Shown one piece after another: positions 50,748 through 60,956 of a DNA stretch of 64,000 nucleotides. This stretch comes from Opitutales bacterium (GTDB lineage Bacteria; Verrucomicrobiota; Verrucomicrobiia; Opitutales; PNEW01). The notes under the pieces were generated by a model. The model was given only the letters and a program-made list of their open reading frames with translations, made no database searches and had not been told where the DNA came from. The stretch lies in contig CBDANS010000006.1 of NCBI GenBank assembly GCA_965197745.1, forward strand, positions 1,408,001 to 1,472,000, written 5' to 3'. The number at the start of each line of letters is the position of its first letter. Position 1 is the first letter of the stretch. Position numbers and translations under genes: made by a program.

Positions 50748-51776
50748 TTACTGCATCTGCTTTGGCAGCCACTCGAACCACCTGGCATGCCCGTGTACAT
50801 TAGCGATGGGTTCATCAAATTTTTCTCCCTGATGATAATAAGTTAAATGTAAATGGGGCATTATATTATTATGGAGATGATAAATGTCTCTCTGAGTACT
50901 GTGTTCTGTAATTAAATCAAATAGCTTTTCCTTTGTCTCCCGTGAAAATTGATTCGCTACATGGGTATGATAAATACAGAGAGCCGTATTTTCCGGGACT
51001 TCGTTTATTATTTCTGAAAGCCGTTCAACAGCGTCACCGGTGAATAATCGGGGTGGGTGTTCAGTGACAATTGCTTTCGCGGCCGCCAACAGCCTTACGC
51101 GCTCTTTTTCCTCCGGCCAGATTAACGCTCTTAACCACAAGTACTGATCATCATCGTTTAAGTTGATAACATTCAGATCAACACCAAAACGCGAAACCAC
51201 AGGAGGGGTCTGTTGGAGGAAATCCGGTTTATTTTCTCCACGAACGGTTGAAGTGATTTTAACCGTGGATACCTTGTTTCCATATATTTTACCGTCACCA
51301 TAGGAGTAAGCATAATAGTCCCATAACAAATTTAATCCCGCGCTGGGGCCGATTTCAATAAGGGAGAGCGGGGTTTCCTGCGCGTGTTTATAGATGCGGC
51401 AAAATGAAGGGAATAAGTAAGCGCATCTTTTAATCACGTTGGTTTGAACAAGCCGGGTTTTGAGAAGCTCTGTCATCTCATCGAGATGCTCCCGGCAGAA
51501 GGCAAGAAAGTGGGGATAACAGTCTTCCCGAGGTTCTGTTGCTTCCGTCATACTGGGATAATAGGCGGCTAACGCAGAGGAGGGTGATTGCAAAAGCAAG
51601 TAGTGAACTGCGGCAAACAATATATTGGGGACAGGTTGCCCCTTTTGCGCATTCGATGCCAATGCTAGCATTTCGGGGTCCTCCGCAATTGCCAGTGACA
51701 ATTGTTCATATAACGGTGAAGCGTCCCGTGTTTCACTTTCAGCAAAGGCTCGAAATCTATCTGCGATATTTTTCAA
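50748..51776 (-). CDS. DUF2332-like protein
   Basis: SPLYEQL, LFAAVHYL, VQTN..R, EIGPSAGLNL..D, WLRALIWPE and HGHARW motifs. Confidence 0.75.
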   Translation of the reverse strand: MKNIADRFRAFAESETRDASPLYEQLSLAIAEDPEMLALASNAQKGQPVPNILFAAVHYLLLQSPSSALAAYYPSMTEATEPREDCYPHFLAFCREHLDEMTELLKTRLVQTNVIKRCAYLFPSFCRIYKHAQETPLSLIEIGPSAGLNLLWDYYAYSYGDGKIYGNKVSTVKITSTVRGENKPDFLQQTPPVVSRFGVDLNVINLNDDDQYLWLRALIWPEEKERVRLLAAAKAIVTEHPPRLFTGDAVERLSEIINEVPENTALCIYHTHVANQFSRETKEKLFDLITEHSTQRDIYHLHNNIMPHLHLTYYHQGEKFDEPIANVHGHARWFEWLPKQMQ

Positions 51777-51852
51777 AACGGAATTGAATTAAGGTGAGTG
51801 GGTTTTATTTATAGTAGTGGCCGCGAATTGTATGTTTGTTAATCAGGGATAA

Positions 51853-52029
51853 AGAAGCGTGCTGGGGACAGCCCTCTCCACCATTTATTATTTTTTGCAA
51901 TGTATAGGTGGAACTCGGTGTCCCTACCGCGTTATCGGGTAATTTATATCTAAAAAATCATTGCGCGATTATACCAGCCGTCATCCGAATTAATTCGTTA
52001 CGGCATGACAGTCATCGCGTGGTCCTCCA
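51853..52029. repeat. REP-like cluster (uninterrupted units)
   Basis: AAGCGTGCTGGGGACAGCCCTCTCCACC and AGGTGGAACTCGGTGTCCCTACCGCGTT; these serve as empty-site references for the inserts. Confidence 0.7.
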
Positions 52030-52048
52030 ATTACCAGTCTTGCCAGGC

Positions 52049-52822
52049 TTAAACCCGTGTCGAGTCGTCAATAGGCTCGTAGCCAATCAACTCTCGGGCG
52101 TGTTCAATATCCCAGCGCATGCCGGTGTTGTTTGACATGCCGTTGATGACCGCAAACTTGATCGCCGGATCAGCATTGATGCAACGTTCCATAAGCTGAC
52201 AAAGGTCGGGATTTGAAAGCCACATAAGGTGAAACCACGATTCGCGATCCGGGGGTAAGTCGTTTAATCGATTTTCACCTCTCTGGACCCAGCCAATACG
52301 AACGGCGATGAACGAGAACCCATGGGCATCGGAAAAACATTTACCCATACGTTCGCCCATTAACTTGGCCGAACCGTAGGGTGTGCTGTCGTAAGACTGT
52401 TCGTTGTTGACGTAATGTGTTCCCGGTAGCGGTGGAATGTCAGTGGTAATTTTATTTGGTGTGGGAACGTCTTTATAGCCGCCCATGGCGTGATTGGAAC
52501 TGGCGTAGATGACACGCTTAACACCACCCTTTGCCGCTGCCGATAAAAGATTGACTACCGCATCGATATTCGAACCTACGACACTCGCCCAACTTTGATG
52601 GGCCGTGGGGTTGGCAGCCATATGCACGACGGTATCGACATCCTGGAAGTGTTTAGACCAGGATTCGTTCCATTCGCTCATATCTGCCTGTTTGATCTCA
52701 TTATCCCCACGAGGGTCAATATCGAGGAGGCGCAAATTATAGCGACCCTGCAAATGCTGCCTCAGCTTGTTCCCGATATTGCCCGCTGCACCGGTGATGA
52801 GTACTGTCTTCGTGGTGCTCAT
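52049..52822 (-). CDS. NAD-dependent epimerase/dehydrogenase (uronate dehydrogenase-like SDR)
   Basis: TGAAGNIG, ASSNHA, YGSAK, RIG and WLSNPD motifs. Confidence 0.8.
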   Translation of the reverse strand: MSTTKTVLITGAAGNIGNKLRQHLQGRYNLRLLDIDPRGDNEIKQADMSEWNESWSKHFQDVDTVVHMAANPTAHQSWASVVGSNIDAVVNLLSAAAKGGVKRVIYASSNHAMGGYKDVPTPNKITTDIPPLPGTHYVNNEQSYDSTPYGSAKLMGERMGKCFSDAHGFSFIAVRIGWVQRGENRLNDLPPDRESWFHLMWLSNPDLCQLMERCINADPAIKFAVINGMSNNTGMRWDIEHARELIGYEPIDDSTRV

Positions 52823-52835
52823 TTATGTGATAGGT

Positions 52836-53110
52836 GGGTTCAGGGTTCAGGGTTCAGGTTCAGGGTTCAGGGTTCAGGGTTCAGGGTTCAGGGTTCAGGG
52901 TTCAGGGTTCAGGGTTCAGGGTTCAGGGTTCAGGGTTCAGGGTTCAGGGTTCAGGGATTTTTTTTCTAACACTTAAAACTTAACACCGCCACTGCATTTT
53001 CACCGTTCACTGTTTACTGTTCACATCTTTCCCGACACCAGACGCCTTCTCCCTACTCTTCACTTCTTTCCCGAACCCTAATTCTTCTCCCCACTGTTCA
53101 CTGGACAACC
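52836..53110 (-). mobile_element. ORF-less heptamer cassette in reverse orientation with a (GGGTTCA) x17 array
   Basis: 52836-52953 has 16 GGGTTCA units plus one 6-nt unit; the reverse complement of the AGATGTGAACAGTAAACAG leader lies at about 53008-53028. Confidence 0.7.
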
Positions 53111-53113
53111 GGC

Positions 53114-55438
53114 TTACACTTTAACACCACTGCCTACGGTTGCAGGGGCGGGGTCTTCAACAGGTTGCTGCAATGCCGCGATTATGCAATCCGGGCTCAT
53201 GGGCAAAGCATACAATCGTTTGCCTATGGCATGGTAAATAGCATTTGCGATGGCTGCCAAGGGGGGGACAATGGGTACTTCACCGACACCACGAATTCCG
53301 TGCGGGCTATTCGGATTGGGGACTTCTACTAAAATAGTTTCGATCATGGGAAGGTCCAGTGCGGTCGGCATGCGATAATCGAGAAAACTGGTGTTAGCAA
53401 TGGAACACGCATCATTGTAGAAGAAACCCTCATTGAGAGCCCAACCGATACCCTGAACGACACCACCTTGAATCTGTCCTTCCACATAGCTGGGATGAAT
53501 GGCGGTGCCGGCATCCTGGACTGCAGTGTAGCGCAGGATTTCAACCTTTCCGGTTTCCGGATCGACTTCGACATCGACGATATGGGTTGCATAAGCGTTG
53601 CCCGGGCCGCTCGCATTAATGGTCCCACTCCCGGTAATCGGCCCTCCGGTACTACCCTGTTCAGCAGCAACTTCTTTAAAGGTAAGATGTTTGCTCGAGT
53701 CCGAATTGCAAATGAAGTTACCATCCTTAAATTCCACATCATCTTTCTCTACCTCAAGTTGATCAGCGGCGCGTCGACACATCTCCTTTATAACATCCTG
53801 GGCCGCGAGGTGACAGGCATGTCCGGTAGCATAGGTGACGCGGCTGCCACCGGTGCCATCAGTATAAGCTATGGAATCGGTATCGGCGACCATGGGGTTG
53901 ACATCTTCAACTTTCAAACCCAGTTCTTCAGCGACGATCATGGCCATGGAGGCACGCGTTCCCCCAATATCGACTGAACCTTCGAGAAGATTTACGGTCC
54001 CGTTGGTGCTTACATTAATCACGGCAGCAGACTGACCGCCGCCATTAATCCAAAAACCTGAAGCCACACCGCGTCCACGATACGGACCTTCCAGTTTACT
54101 TTTATAGTGGTCCGATTGGAAGGCTGCATCAACCGTTTCTTCACACCCAATTTTCCCAAAGACCACCCCATCTACCCGGCGGTCCCCCTCTTTTGCTGCG
54201 TTCATGCGACGGAATTCCAGGGGATCAAGATTTAGTTTTTCCGCGATTTCATCGAGAACCGTTTCCGAGGCAAAAGCGGCATTGGGTGCACCCGGTGCTC
54301 GGTATGCTTGTGATTTCGGTTTATTATTCACTACGTCGTAGGCGTCGATATGGGTATTTTCGATATTGTAGGGAGAGAAAATACACATGACTCCAGCGCC
54401 CACCGCCGATCCGGGGTAGGCACCCGCTTCAAAAGCCAGGTAAGCCTCTGCTGCAGTAATCTTACCCTCCTTGGTGGCCCCCATTTTCACGCGGATATAA
54501 GATCCGGGTGCCGGTCCTGAACCTTCGAAAACTTCAGTGCGCGACATCACCATTTTAACGGGATGGCCTGTCTTGTGGGACATAACTGCAGCAGCAGGTT
54601 CCATATAAATGGGGAATTTACCGCCAAAGCCGCCACCGATCTCACAGGGAATAACCTTTATTTTAGAGATCGGGACCTGCAATACATCAGCCAGCTGGGC
54701 ACGAATTTGAAATGGCCCCTGGGTGCTCACCCAGACAGTTACACTCCCATCCTTTTTCCAATGGACGGTCGTATTATGAGGCTCAATATAACCTTGATGA
54801 ACGGTTGCGGTATTATACTCGCGCTCAATGACGATGTCGGCTTCAGAATACCCCTTCTCTATATCTCCCAGTTTAAACTGGTTATGCGTGGCGATATTGC
54901 TGTGAATGCCTGTGTCTTCACCCAGAGCTTGCATCGTTCTCTTTTCGTCCAGCAGGGGGGCGCCCTCTTTCATCGCTTCGCGCACATCTATCACTGCGGG
55001 TAGCGGTTCGTATTCGACTTCAATCAGGTCCAGGGCTTCTTCCGCAATATGCGGACTGGTGGCGGCTACGGCCGCAACAGCATGTCCCGTGTAAAGAACT
55101 TTATCTGAAGCCAGGGAATTGCTGGCGATTTCTCGGATGTCCACGACTGTTTCGCCGATACTGGAGACTTTGCTCACGGTCTCTACGAGGTCATCGGCAG
55201 TAGCCACGGCACGCACTCCCGGCAGTTTCATGGCTTTACTCGTATCAATTGATAATATACGCGCGTGAGCGTGAGGGCTTCGTTTTACCTTTCCATAAAG
55301 CAGGTCCGGGATACGCACATCCGCTCCGTAGATGGCCCGGCCCGTCACTTTATCCCAACCATCGTGTCGGATTGGACGAGAACCAATTACATTGTATTTT
55401 CCATTACTTTTTCCGTTACCCGAAAAATCCTGTGTCAT
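53114..55438 (-). CDS. Xanthine dehydrogenase family molybdopterin-binding large subunit
   Basis: DKVTGRAIYGAD, GGGFGGK, AYRAPG, EGQIQGGVVQG and GVGE motifs. Confidence 0.9.
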   Translation of the reverse strand: MTQDFSGNGKSNGKYNVIGSRPIRHDGWDKVTGRAIYGADVRIPDLLYGKVKRSPHAHARILSIDTSKAMKLPGVRAVATADDLVETVSKVSSIGETVVDIREIASNSLASDKVLYTGHAVAAVAATSPHIAEEALDLIEVEYEPLPAVIDVREAMKEGAPLLDEKRTMQALGEDTGIHSNIATHNQFKLGDIEKGYSEADIVIEREYNTATVHQGYIEPHNTTVHWKKDGSVTVWVSTQGPFQIRAQLADVLQVPISKIKVIPCEIGGGFGGKFPIYMEPAAAVMSHKTGHPVKMVMSRTEVFEGSGPAPGSYIRVKMGATKEGKITAAEAYLAFEAGAYPGSAVGAGVMCIFSPYNIENTHIDAYDVVNNKPKSQAYRAPGAPNAAFASETVLDEIAEKLNLDPLEFRRMNAAKEGDRRVDGVVFGKIGCEETVDAAFQSDHYKSKLEGPYRGRGVASGFWINGGGQSAAVINVSTNGTVNLLEGSVDIGGTRASMAMIVAEELGLKVEDVNPMVADTDSIAYTDGTGGSRVTYATGHACHLAAQDVIKEMCRRAADQLEVEKDDVEFKDGNFICNSDSSKHLTFKEVAAEQGSTGGPITGSGTINASGPGNAYATHIVDVEVDPETGKVEILRYTAVQDAGTAIHPSYVEGQIQGGVVQGIGWALNEGFFYNDACSIANTSFLDYRMPTALDLPMIETILVEVPNPNSPHGIRGVGEVPIVPPLAAIANAIYHAIGKRLYALPMSPDCIIAALQQPVEDPAPATVGSGVKV

Positions 55439-55612
55439 TTCTATTTTCTCCTTTATACGGCGTTATATCTAAAATGAGTGCTATATATCTATATTTTCAT
55501 TCTTATATATAAGGAAGAGTGTAATTACCATCTTATTTCCCCGTTGCTGGCAAGTCTGGGATACTCCAAATTTAATCAGGGTTTTTTTCATCCGAGAAGT
55601 GATTCAAGAGTA

Positions 55613-56158
55613 TTAATGGGTCATTCCTTCCACATGGATGGTAACTGTTAATTCAGGATCAACTTTCAGGACTAAAACTTTAACGATCGGCAAGTCCCAA
55701 TCAAGGTGGTCAATTATCGTGCTCCCATCAATTGTCCATTGGGGCCCCTCAGTATGAACATTAATGGGAAAAGATATATCTTTTTCTATGCCATGAAGCG
55801 TTAACTTGCCTTCCGCAATGATTTTTTCTCCCAGTTCGTGGATTTTTGCTAAAACGAAAGTAGCGGTTGGAAATTTATGGTGCTCCTCCCATTTGAGCAT
55901 AGCCTTGTCCCGGGCTTTCTTGCCTGTTTTAAGATCCTCAAAGTCGAAACTGAATTCCGTGTTTAGAATTTTTGCACTTTCAGTGTCGACCATGATTTTT
56001 AAATCATAATTTTCTAAACTGGCTACAAATGAATGAGCGGTAACATTAACTGCGACTTCCACCTTAGAATTCGCTTTTTCAATTTGCAACAGTTGCTCTT
56101 CGCCATAAAGCGAGAACACGGTGGTAAAAAGAGTAATGATACCTATTAACTTTTTCAT
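55613..56158 (-). CDS. YceI family protein
   Basis: Signal peptide, LKTGKKARD..M, FPTATF and GKLTLHG motifs. Confidence 0.85.
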   Translation of the reverse strand: MKKLIGIITLFTTVFSLYGEEQLLQIEKANSKVEVAVNVTAHSFVASLENYDLKIMVDTESAKILNTEFSFDFEDLKTGKKARDKAMLKWEEHHKFPTATFVLAKIHELGEKIIAEGKLTLHGIEKDISFPINVHTEGPQWTIDGSTIIDHLDWDLPIVKVLVLKVDPELTVTIHVEGMTH

Positions 56159-56336
56159 AAGTATTATCGTAAATCAGTTCAACTAATTGCTAATAATACA
56201 GCACTTGCTGGCTAATTGACGAAATTGGCGTAAAATTCATTATTATCTTAATAGCTTTAAATAGAAATTCATTGACCCAATCTAATCGATTCCTGTCTAA
56301 TCGCTAGCTCAATTTCGCATTTCAAAAACATGATAC

Positions 56337-58010
56337 ATGTCTAATAATCTGAGTGCATTATCTTTTCGGAAGGGACTGGAAAAGAATCTTTTCGAGAAAA
56401 TGGTTGAGTCCTCCGAAAAAACCGGAACGGCGGTCTCCGACAATCTCAAAGATCTTGCTGATGAGTATTTGATGGGTGATGCGATAATGCTGGGCTCGGT
56501 CTCCTTTTACGATTTCCTGAAAAAGGAAAACGCGGGAAAAAAAGCATTCGTTTGTAATGGAACCGCCTGTATGACCGCGGGGACCCAGGATCAATTGACG
56601 GAGGATTTGAAGAAACATTTTAAGGAGGACGAAGTCGGTGAAATCTGTTGCTTGGGCCGTTGTCATGAAAATCGATCTTTTCAATACAAAGGAGTAAATT
56701 ATTCCGGTAAAAGTGATGCGGATATAGACCGTATCATTGATGGAAACAAGGTGCCGTCACCGGACGAGTATCATGTGGGGTCCCGATTCGATACCCCCCT
56801 ATTGCTGGCCGCATTTCCGGGGGTGGATGAATATTACAACCTGTTTAAAAAATTATTGGAGCGCGACCCCGTGTCACTTCTCGATGAGTTGAAAACTTCC
56901 AAGTTGCGGGGACGAGGGGGCGCAGGTTTCCCCGCGGGGATTAAATGGGATTCCTGTCGCCAGGCGAAAGGAGAACCGAAGTATATTGTTTGCAACGCTG
57001 ACGAAGGTGATCCCGGTGCTTACATCGATCGGTATCTCATGGAAAAACAACCGCATTCAGTTTTATTTGGGATGATAGTGGCAGGTTATCTCGCAGGATC
57101 CAATGTCGGCATTCTTTACATAAGAGCGGAATACCCGGATTCAATTTCAATTATTGAGCAGTCTATAAAAGAACTGCAGGATAAAGCTTTGGTCGGAGAG
57201 AAAATATTAGGCAGTGATTTCTCGTTCCGCTTTAAGATAATAAAAGGCGCGGGCGCTTATATCTGTGGCGAAGAAACCGCGCTCCTTGCTTCCATTGAAG
57301 GGCGACGACCGGAAGTGGGAGTTCGCCCTCCATTTCCCACGGAACAAGGTCTTTTTGGAAAACCAACGATCGTCAATAATGTAGAAACCTTTTCCTGCAT
57401 CCACTCTGTGTTTGCTCTCGGCGGTGAAGCTTTTTCGAAAATTGGAACGGAAGCATCGACCGGCCCCAAGCTCGTGTCGCTCGATGGTAAATTTAAAAAG
57501 CCCGGCCTCTACGAAGTGGAAATGGGAACACCATTTACGGTTGTTATTGATGAGATGGGCGGCGGTTTTCGTGTTCCGGTCAAAGCGGTTCAGGTAGGTG
57601 GCCCATTAGGGGGTATCGTTCCGGTTGAAAATTTTCAAGACCTCACCCTTGATTTTGAATCCTTTAAAGACAACGGATTTTTATTAGGTCATGGCAGTAT
57701 CGTTTGCATTCCCGAGTCATTTCCCATGCTTCAATTTATCGAACACCTCTTTGAATTTACCGCGGCCGAATCTTGCGGAAAATGTTTTCCTTGTCGTTTA
57801 GGCTCAGTTAGAGGGCAGGAAATGGCGGAAAAGGCGCGTAAAGAGGATTATAAAATTGACCCGGAACTGATAATGGATTTATTGGATACGATGGAGCTAA
57901 CTTCACTGTGTGCTCTGGGTGGAGGTGTTCCCCTGCCGATAAAAAACGCGCTTCACTATTTTGAAAAAGAGTTAAGGCCCCATTTAAAAACCCAAACAGT
58001 GGTGTCATGA
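56337..58010 (+). CDS. NAD-linked formate dehydrogenase flavoprotein subunit (short NuoE-like N-terminus plus NuoF-like domain)
   Basis: CNGTAC and CLGRC [2Fe-2S] motifs, LRGRGGAGFP, NADEGDPG, GAYICGEET, ESCGKCFPCR. Confidence 0.88.
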   Translation: MSNNLSALSFRKGLEKNLFEKMVESSEKTGTAVSDNLKDLADEYLMGDAIMLGSVSFYDFLKKENAGKKAFVCNGTACMTAGTQDQLTEDLKKHFKEDEVGEICCLGRCHENRSFQYKGVNYSGKSDADIDRIIDGNKVPSPDEYHVGSRFDTPLLLAAFPGVDEYYNLFKKLLERDPVSLLDELKTSKLRGRGGAGFPAGIKWDSCRQAKGEPKYIVCNADEGDPGAYIDRYLMEKQPHSVLFGMIVAGYLAGSNVGILYIRAEYPDSISIIEQSIKELQDKALVGEKILGSDFSFRFKIIKGAGAYICGEETALLASIEGRRPEVGVRPPFPTEQGLFGKPTIVNNVETFSCIHSVFALGGEAFSKIGTEASTGPKLVSLDGKFKKPGLYEVEMGTPFTVVIDEMGGGFRVPVKAVQVGGPLGGIVPVENFQDLTLDFESFKDNGFLLGHGSIVCIPESFPMLQFIEHLFEFTAAESCGKCFPCRLGSVRGQEMAEKARKEDYKIDPELIMDLLDTMELTSLCALGGGVPLPIKNALHYFEKELRPHLKTQTVVS

Positions 58011-60817
58011 TCAAATCGGTCGAAAAATCTCAAATGGTATATATCGATGACCAGCCTCATGAAATTGAGGAAGGTGATACAATTTTATCACTCATCGATC
58101 GCCATAACGGGCGGGGGTTTGTCCCAACCCTTTGTGATGCTCCTCAATTAGAACCCTATGGCGCCTGCCGCGTATGTTCTGTAGAAATCGCACAATCGGC
58201 CGATGGGCCAAGGCGTGTCGTTGCAGCCTGTCATACCCCGTTAACGGCAGGTCTTCATATTTTCCCGGAAACAAAAAATATTCAAAGATTACGAAGGAAC
58301 ATCATTGAACTGGTTCTCACCGATCACCCCCTGGATTGCCTGACATGTGAGGTAAACGGCAATTGTGAACTACAGACAGTTGCCGCTAAAGTGGGCGTTC
58401 GCGATGTGCGCTATCCGGAGGGTAAAAACCATCTGGACCGGAAGAAAGATTTAAGTCATCCCTACATGACTTCGGACCTCTCCAAATGTATTAATTGCAA
58501 TCGCTGTGTTCGAGCGTGTGATGAAGTTCAAGGCCAGTTCGTGCTCAGTATGCATGGCCGCGGTTTTGATAGCAGAATCATCAAAGGATTGGATTCTACA
58601 TTTGAAGACTCGGACTGCGTATCGTGTGGGGCCTGCGCCCAAGCCTGTCCCACTTCGGCCATCTCCGATGTTTTTCAGTCCAAATCGATTGAAGCATCAG
58701 CGAAAACGCGAACAGTCTGCACCTATTGCGGGGTGGGGTGCAACCTGGATGTAGCAGTCAAAAATAACGAAGTTCATTCCATCCAGGCTCCGATTGACGC
58801 GGAAGTTAATCATGCGCACACATGCTTGAAAGGAAGATATGCGTTTAAATTTTATAATCATCCGGACCGTTTGAGAAATCCCCTCATAAAGCGCGATGGT
58901 AAATTTGAAGAAGCGTCGTGGGATGAAGCTTATGATACAATTGTTAATCGTTTCAAAGAAATTCGAGCCCGTTCGGGACCGGATGCGATAGCCGGCATTT
59001 CATCGGCGCGTTGCACAAATGAAGAAAACTACCTGATGCAGAAATTTATTCGTGCGGTGATTGGCACGAATAATATCGATTGCTGCGCCCGTGTCTGCCA
59101 CGCCCCGACAGCCTGGGGGATGCAACAGAGTTTTGGTACCGGGGCGGCGACAAACTCGACTAATGATTTAGAGAAAACAGATTTAATTCTCCTCATTGGA
59201 GCCAACCCCACGCAGGGCCACCCCGTCACGGGCGCGAGAATTAAACAAAGGGTGATGAAGGGAGTTCCGATGATTGTCATCGATCCGCGTAAGATCGAAC
59301 TGGTTCCCTATGCTAAGTACCACCTGCAACTGCGCCCGGGTACAAACATTGCCATGCTCAATATGTTTGCTTACTTCATTATCGAAACGGGCAACGTTGA
59401 TGAAGAATTTGTCAAAGAGCGCTGTGAGGACTTTGAAACATTTCGCGAGAATATAAAAAAGCTCGATATCGACGAAATGGAACGTGTGACCGGAGTCGAT
59501 CGCGAGCTCGTAAAGAAAGCGGCCATCGCCTATGCTTCAACCCCACGTGCCATGAGTTTTCACGGGCTGGGTGTCACCGAGCATTCCCAGGGAAGTAAAA
59601 CTGTAATGCTCATTTCAAACATCGCGATGATGACCGGCAATATCGGACGTGAAGGAGTAGGGGTCAATCCCCTGCGGGGTCAGAATAATGTCCAGGGTGC
59701 CGCTGATATGGGAGTGCAGCCTCACCAGGGAGCTGGCTACCTCAATGTAACGCTACCGGAAATCCACGAGCAATATGAGAAGGCCTATGGAGCCAATCTT
59801 TCGAACAAGATAGGTTACAAGATTCCCCAGATGTTTGAAGCGGCAGTGGATAAAGATCTAAAAGCGCTCTGGATAATTGGCGAAGATGTCGTTCAGACTG
59901 ATCCCAATTCCGCGGAAGTGCGTAAAGCCATGGAGAGCCTGGAATTTCTCGTCGTCCAGGAAATTTTCATGACAGAAACCGCCCATTATGCGGATGTCAT
60001 ATTACCGGCTACCTCATTTCTTGAAAAAAGCGGAACCTTTACTAATGCCGAGCGCCGTGTTCAGCGCGTCAACCGGGTAGTAGAACCTCTCGAGGGGACC
60101 AGGCCTGACGGTCAGATTGTCGTCGATATTATGAATAGGATGGGCTATGAACAAAAGGGTTACAGTCCTGACATTATTCTCGAAGAAATCGCACAAGTCG
60201 TTCCTTTTTTCAAAGGAATCCGATGGGATGAACTCGGTAAAAACGGCAAGCAGTGGCCGGTTGCTGAAGATGGCACTGACACAAAAATCATGCACCGGGA
60301 CACATTTAAAAGAGGCAAAGGCAAGTTTCACTATTTCGATTGGACTGAGACAAAAGAAATGCAAGACAATCGCAATGAATACCCCTTTATTTTAACTACG
60401 GGTCGGGTTTTGGAACATTACAATTGCGGCACTATGACGAGACGCACGGGCAATAAGGAAATTGTGAGTGAAGATATGCTCGCGATTAATCCGAAAGACG
60501 CGGCAAACAAAGGGATTGAATCTGGAGATAAGGTGCGAATCTTTTCCGCGCGCGGTGAAGTGCAGCTTGACGCCATAGTTTCCGATGAAGTTAAACCGGG
60601 TATCCTTTATACCACATTTCATTTTCCGGAGCACATGGTTAATCAGGTAACGAGTGAGGAAAAAGATGAGGAGAGTCTGTGTCCCGAGTATAAAGTTTCC
60701 GCAGTTGATTTCGAAAAAGTATCACCTTCTGAGAACAAGGTTAAGGAAACTAAAGAATCAGTCAGTTCAGGCAGGAAAAGAAAACCTGTTCCGGTTGCCG
60801 GTGGGGGTTCAAGCTAG
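58007..60817 (+). CDS. fdhF: Formate dehydrogenase alpha subunit (Cys-type molybdo/tungsto-bisPGD)
   Basis: N-terminal Fe-S clusters, CTYCGVGC, CARVCH active site, LRGQNNVQG and PEYK. Confidence 0.92.
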   Translation: MIKSVEKSQMVYIDDQPHEIEEGDTILSLIDRHNGRGFVPTLCDAPQLEPYGACRVCSVEIAQSADGPRRVVAACHTPLTAGLHIFPETKNIQRLRRNIIELVLTDHPLDCLTCEVNGNCELQTVAAKVGVRDVRYPEGKNHLDRKKDLSHPYMTSDLSKCINCNRCVRACDEVQGQFVLSMHGRGFDSRIIKGLDSTFEDSDCVSCGACAQACPTSAISDVFQSKSIEASAKTRTVCTYCGVGCNLDVAVKNNEVHSIQAPIDAEVNHAHTCLKGRYAFKFYNHPDRLRNPLIKRDGKFEEASWDEAYDTIVNRFKEIRARSGPDAIAGISSARCTNEENYLMQKFIRAVIGTNNIDCCARVCHAPTAWGMQQSFGTGAATNSTNDLEKTDLILLIGANPTQGHPVTGARIKQRVMKGVPMIVIDPRKIELVPYAKYHLQLRPGTNIAMLNMFAYFIIETGNVDEEFVKERCEDFETFRENIKKLDIDEMERVTGVDRELVKKAAIAYASTPRAMSFHGLGVTEHSQGSKTVMLISNIAMMTGNIGREGVGVNPLRGQNNVQGAADMGVQPHQGAGYLNVTLPEIHEQYEKAYGANLSNKIGYKIPQMFEAAVDKDLKALWIIGEDVVQTDPNSAEVRKAMESLEFLVVQEIFMTETAHYADVILPATSFLEKSGTFTNAERRVQRVNRVVEPLEGTRPDGQIVVDIMNRMGYEQKGYSPDIILEEIAQVVPFFKGIRWDELGKNGKQWPVAEDGTDTKIMHRDTFKRGKGKFHYFDWTETKEMQDNRNEYPFILTTGRVLEHYNCGTMTRRTGNKEIVSEDMLAINPKDAANKGIESGDKVRIFSARGEVQLDAIVSDEVKPGILYTTFHFPEHMVNQVTSEEKDEESLCPEYKVSAVDFEKVSPSENKVKETKESVSSGRKRKPVPVAGGGSS

Positions 60818-60870
60818 ACCGCGGATTACGCTGATGAGTTAAACCGCGGATTACGCGGATTAAGCGGATT
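60818..60870 (+). repeat. Short 9-mer tandem repeat (CGCGGATTA)n
   Basis: accgcggattacgctgat..aaccgcggattacgcggattaagcggatt directly after the fdhF stop. Confidence 0.7.
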
Positions 60871-60956
60871 GTTGCCTTGGTGATATTCATATGTTGATGC
60901 GTTGATGGATGTCGGGCTTCGCTGTCGGTACAGACTTCACCCCAATTATTTCATTA

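Noticed and set aside
52595..52976. ORFs with (GSGFRVQ)n repeats
   Set aside because: They are translations of the GGGTTCA array, which has no stop codon on this strand, and overlap a real gene on the opposite strand
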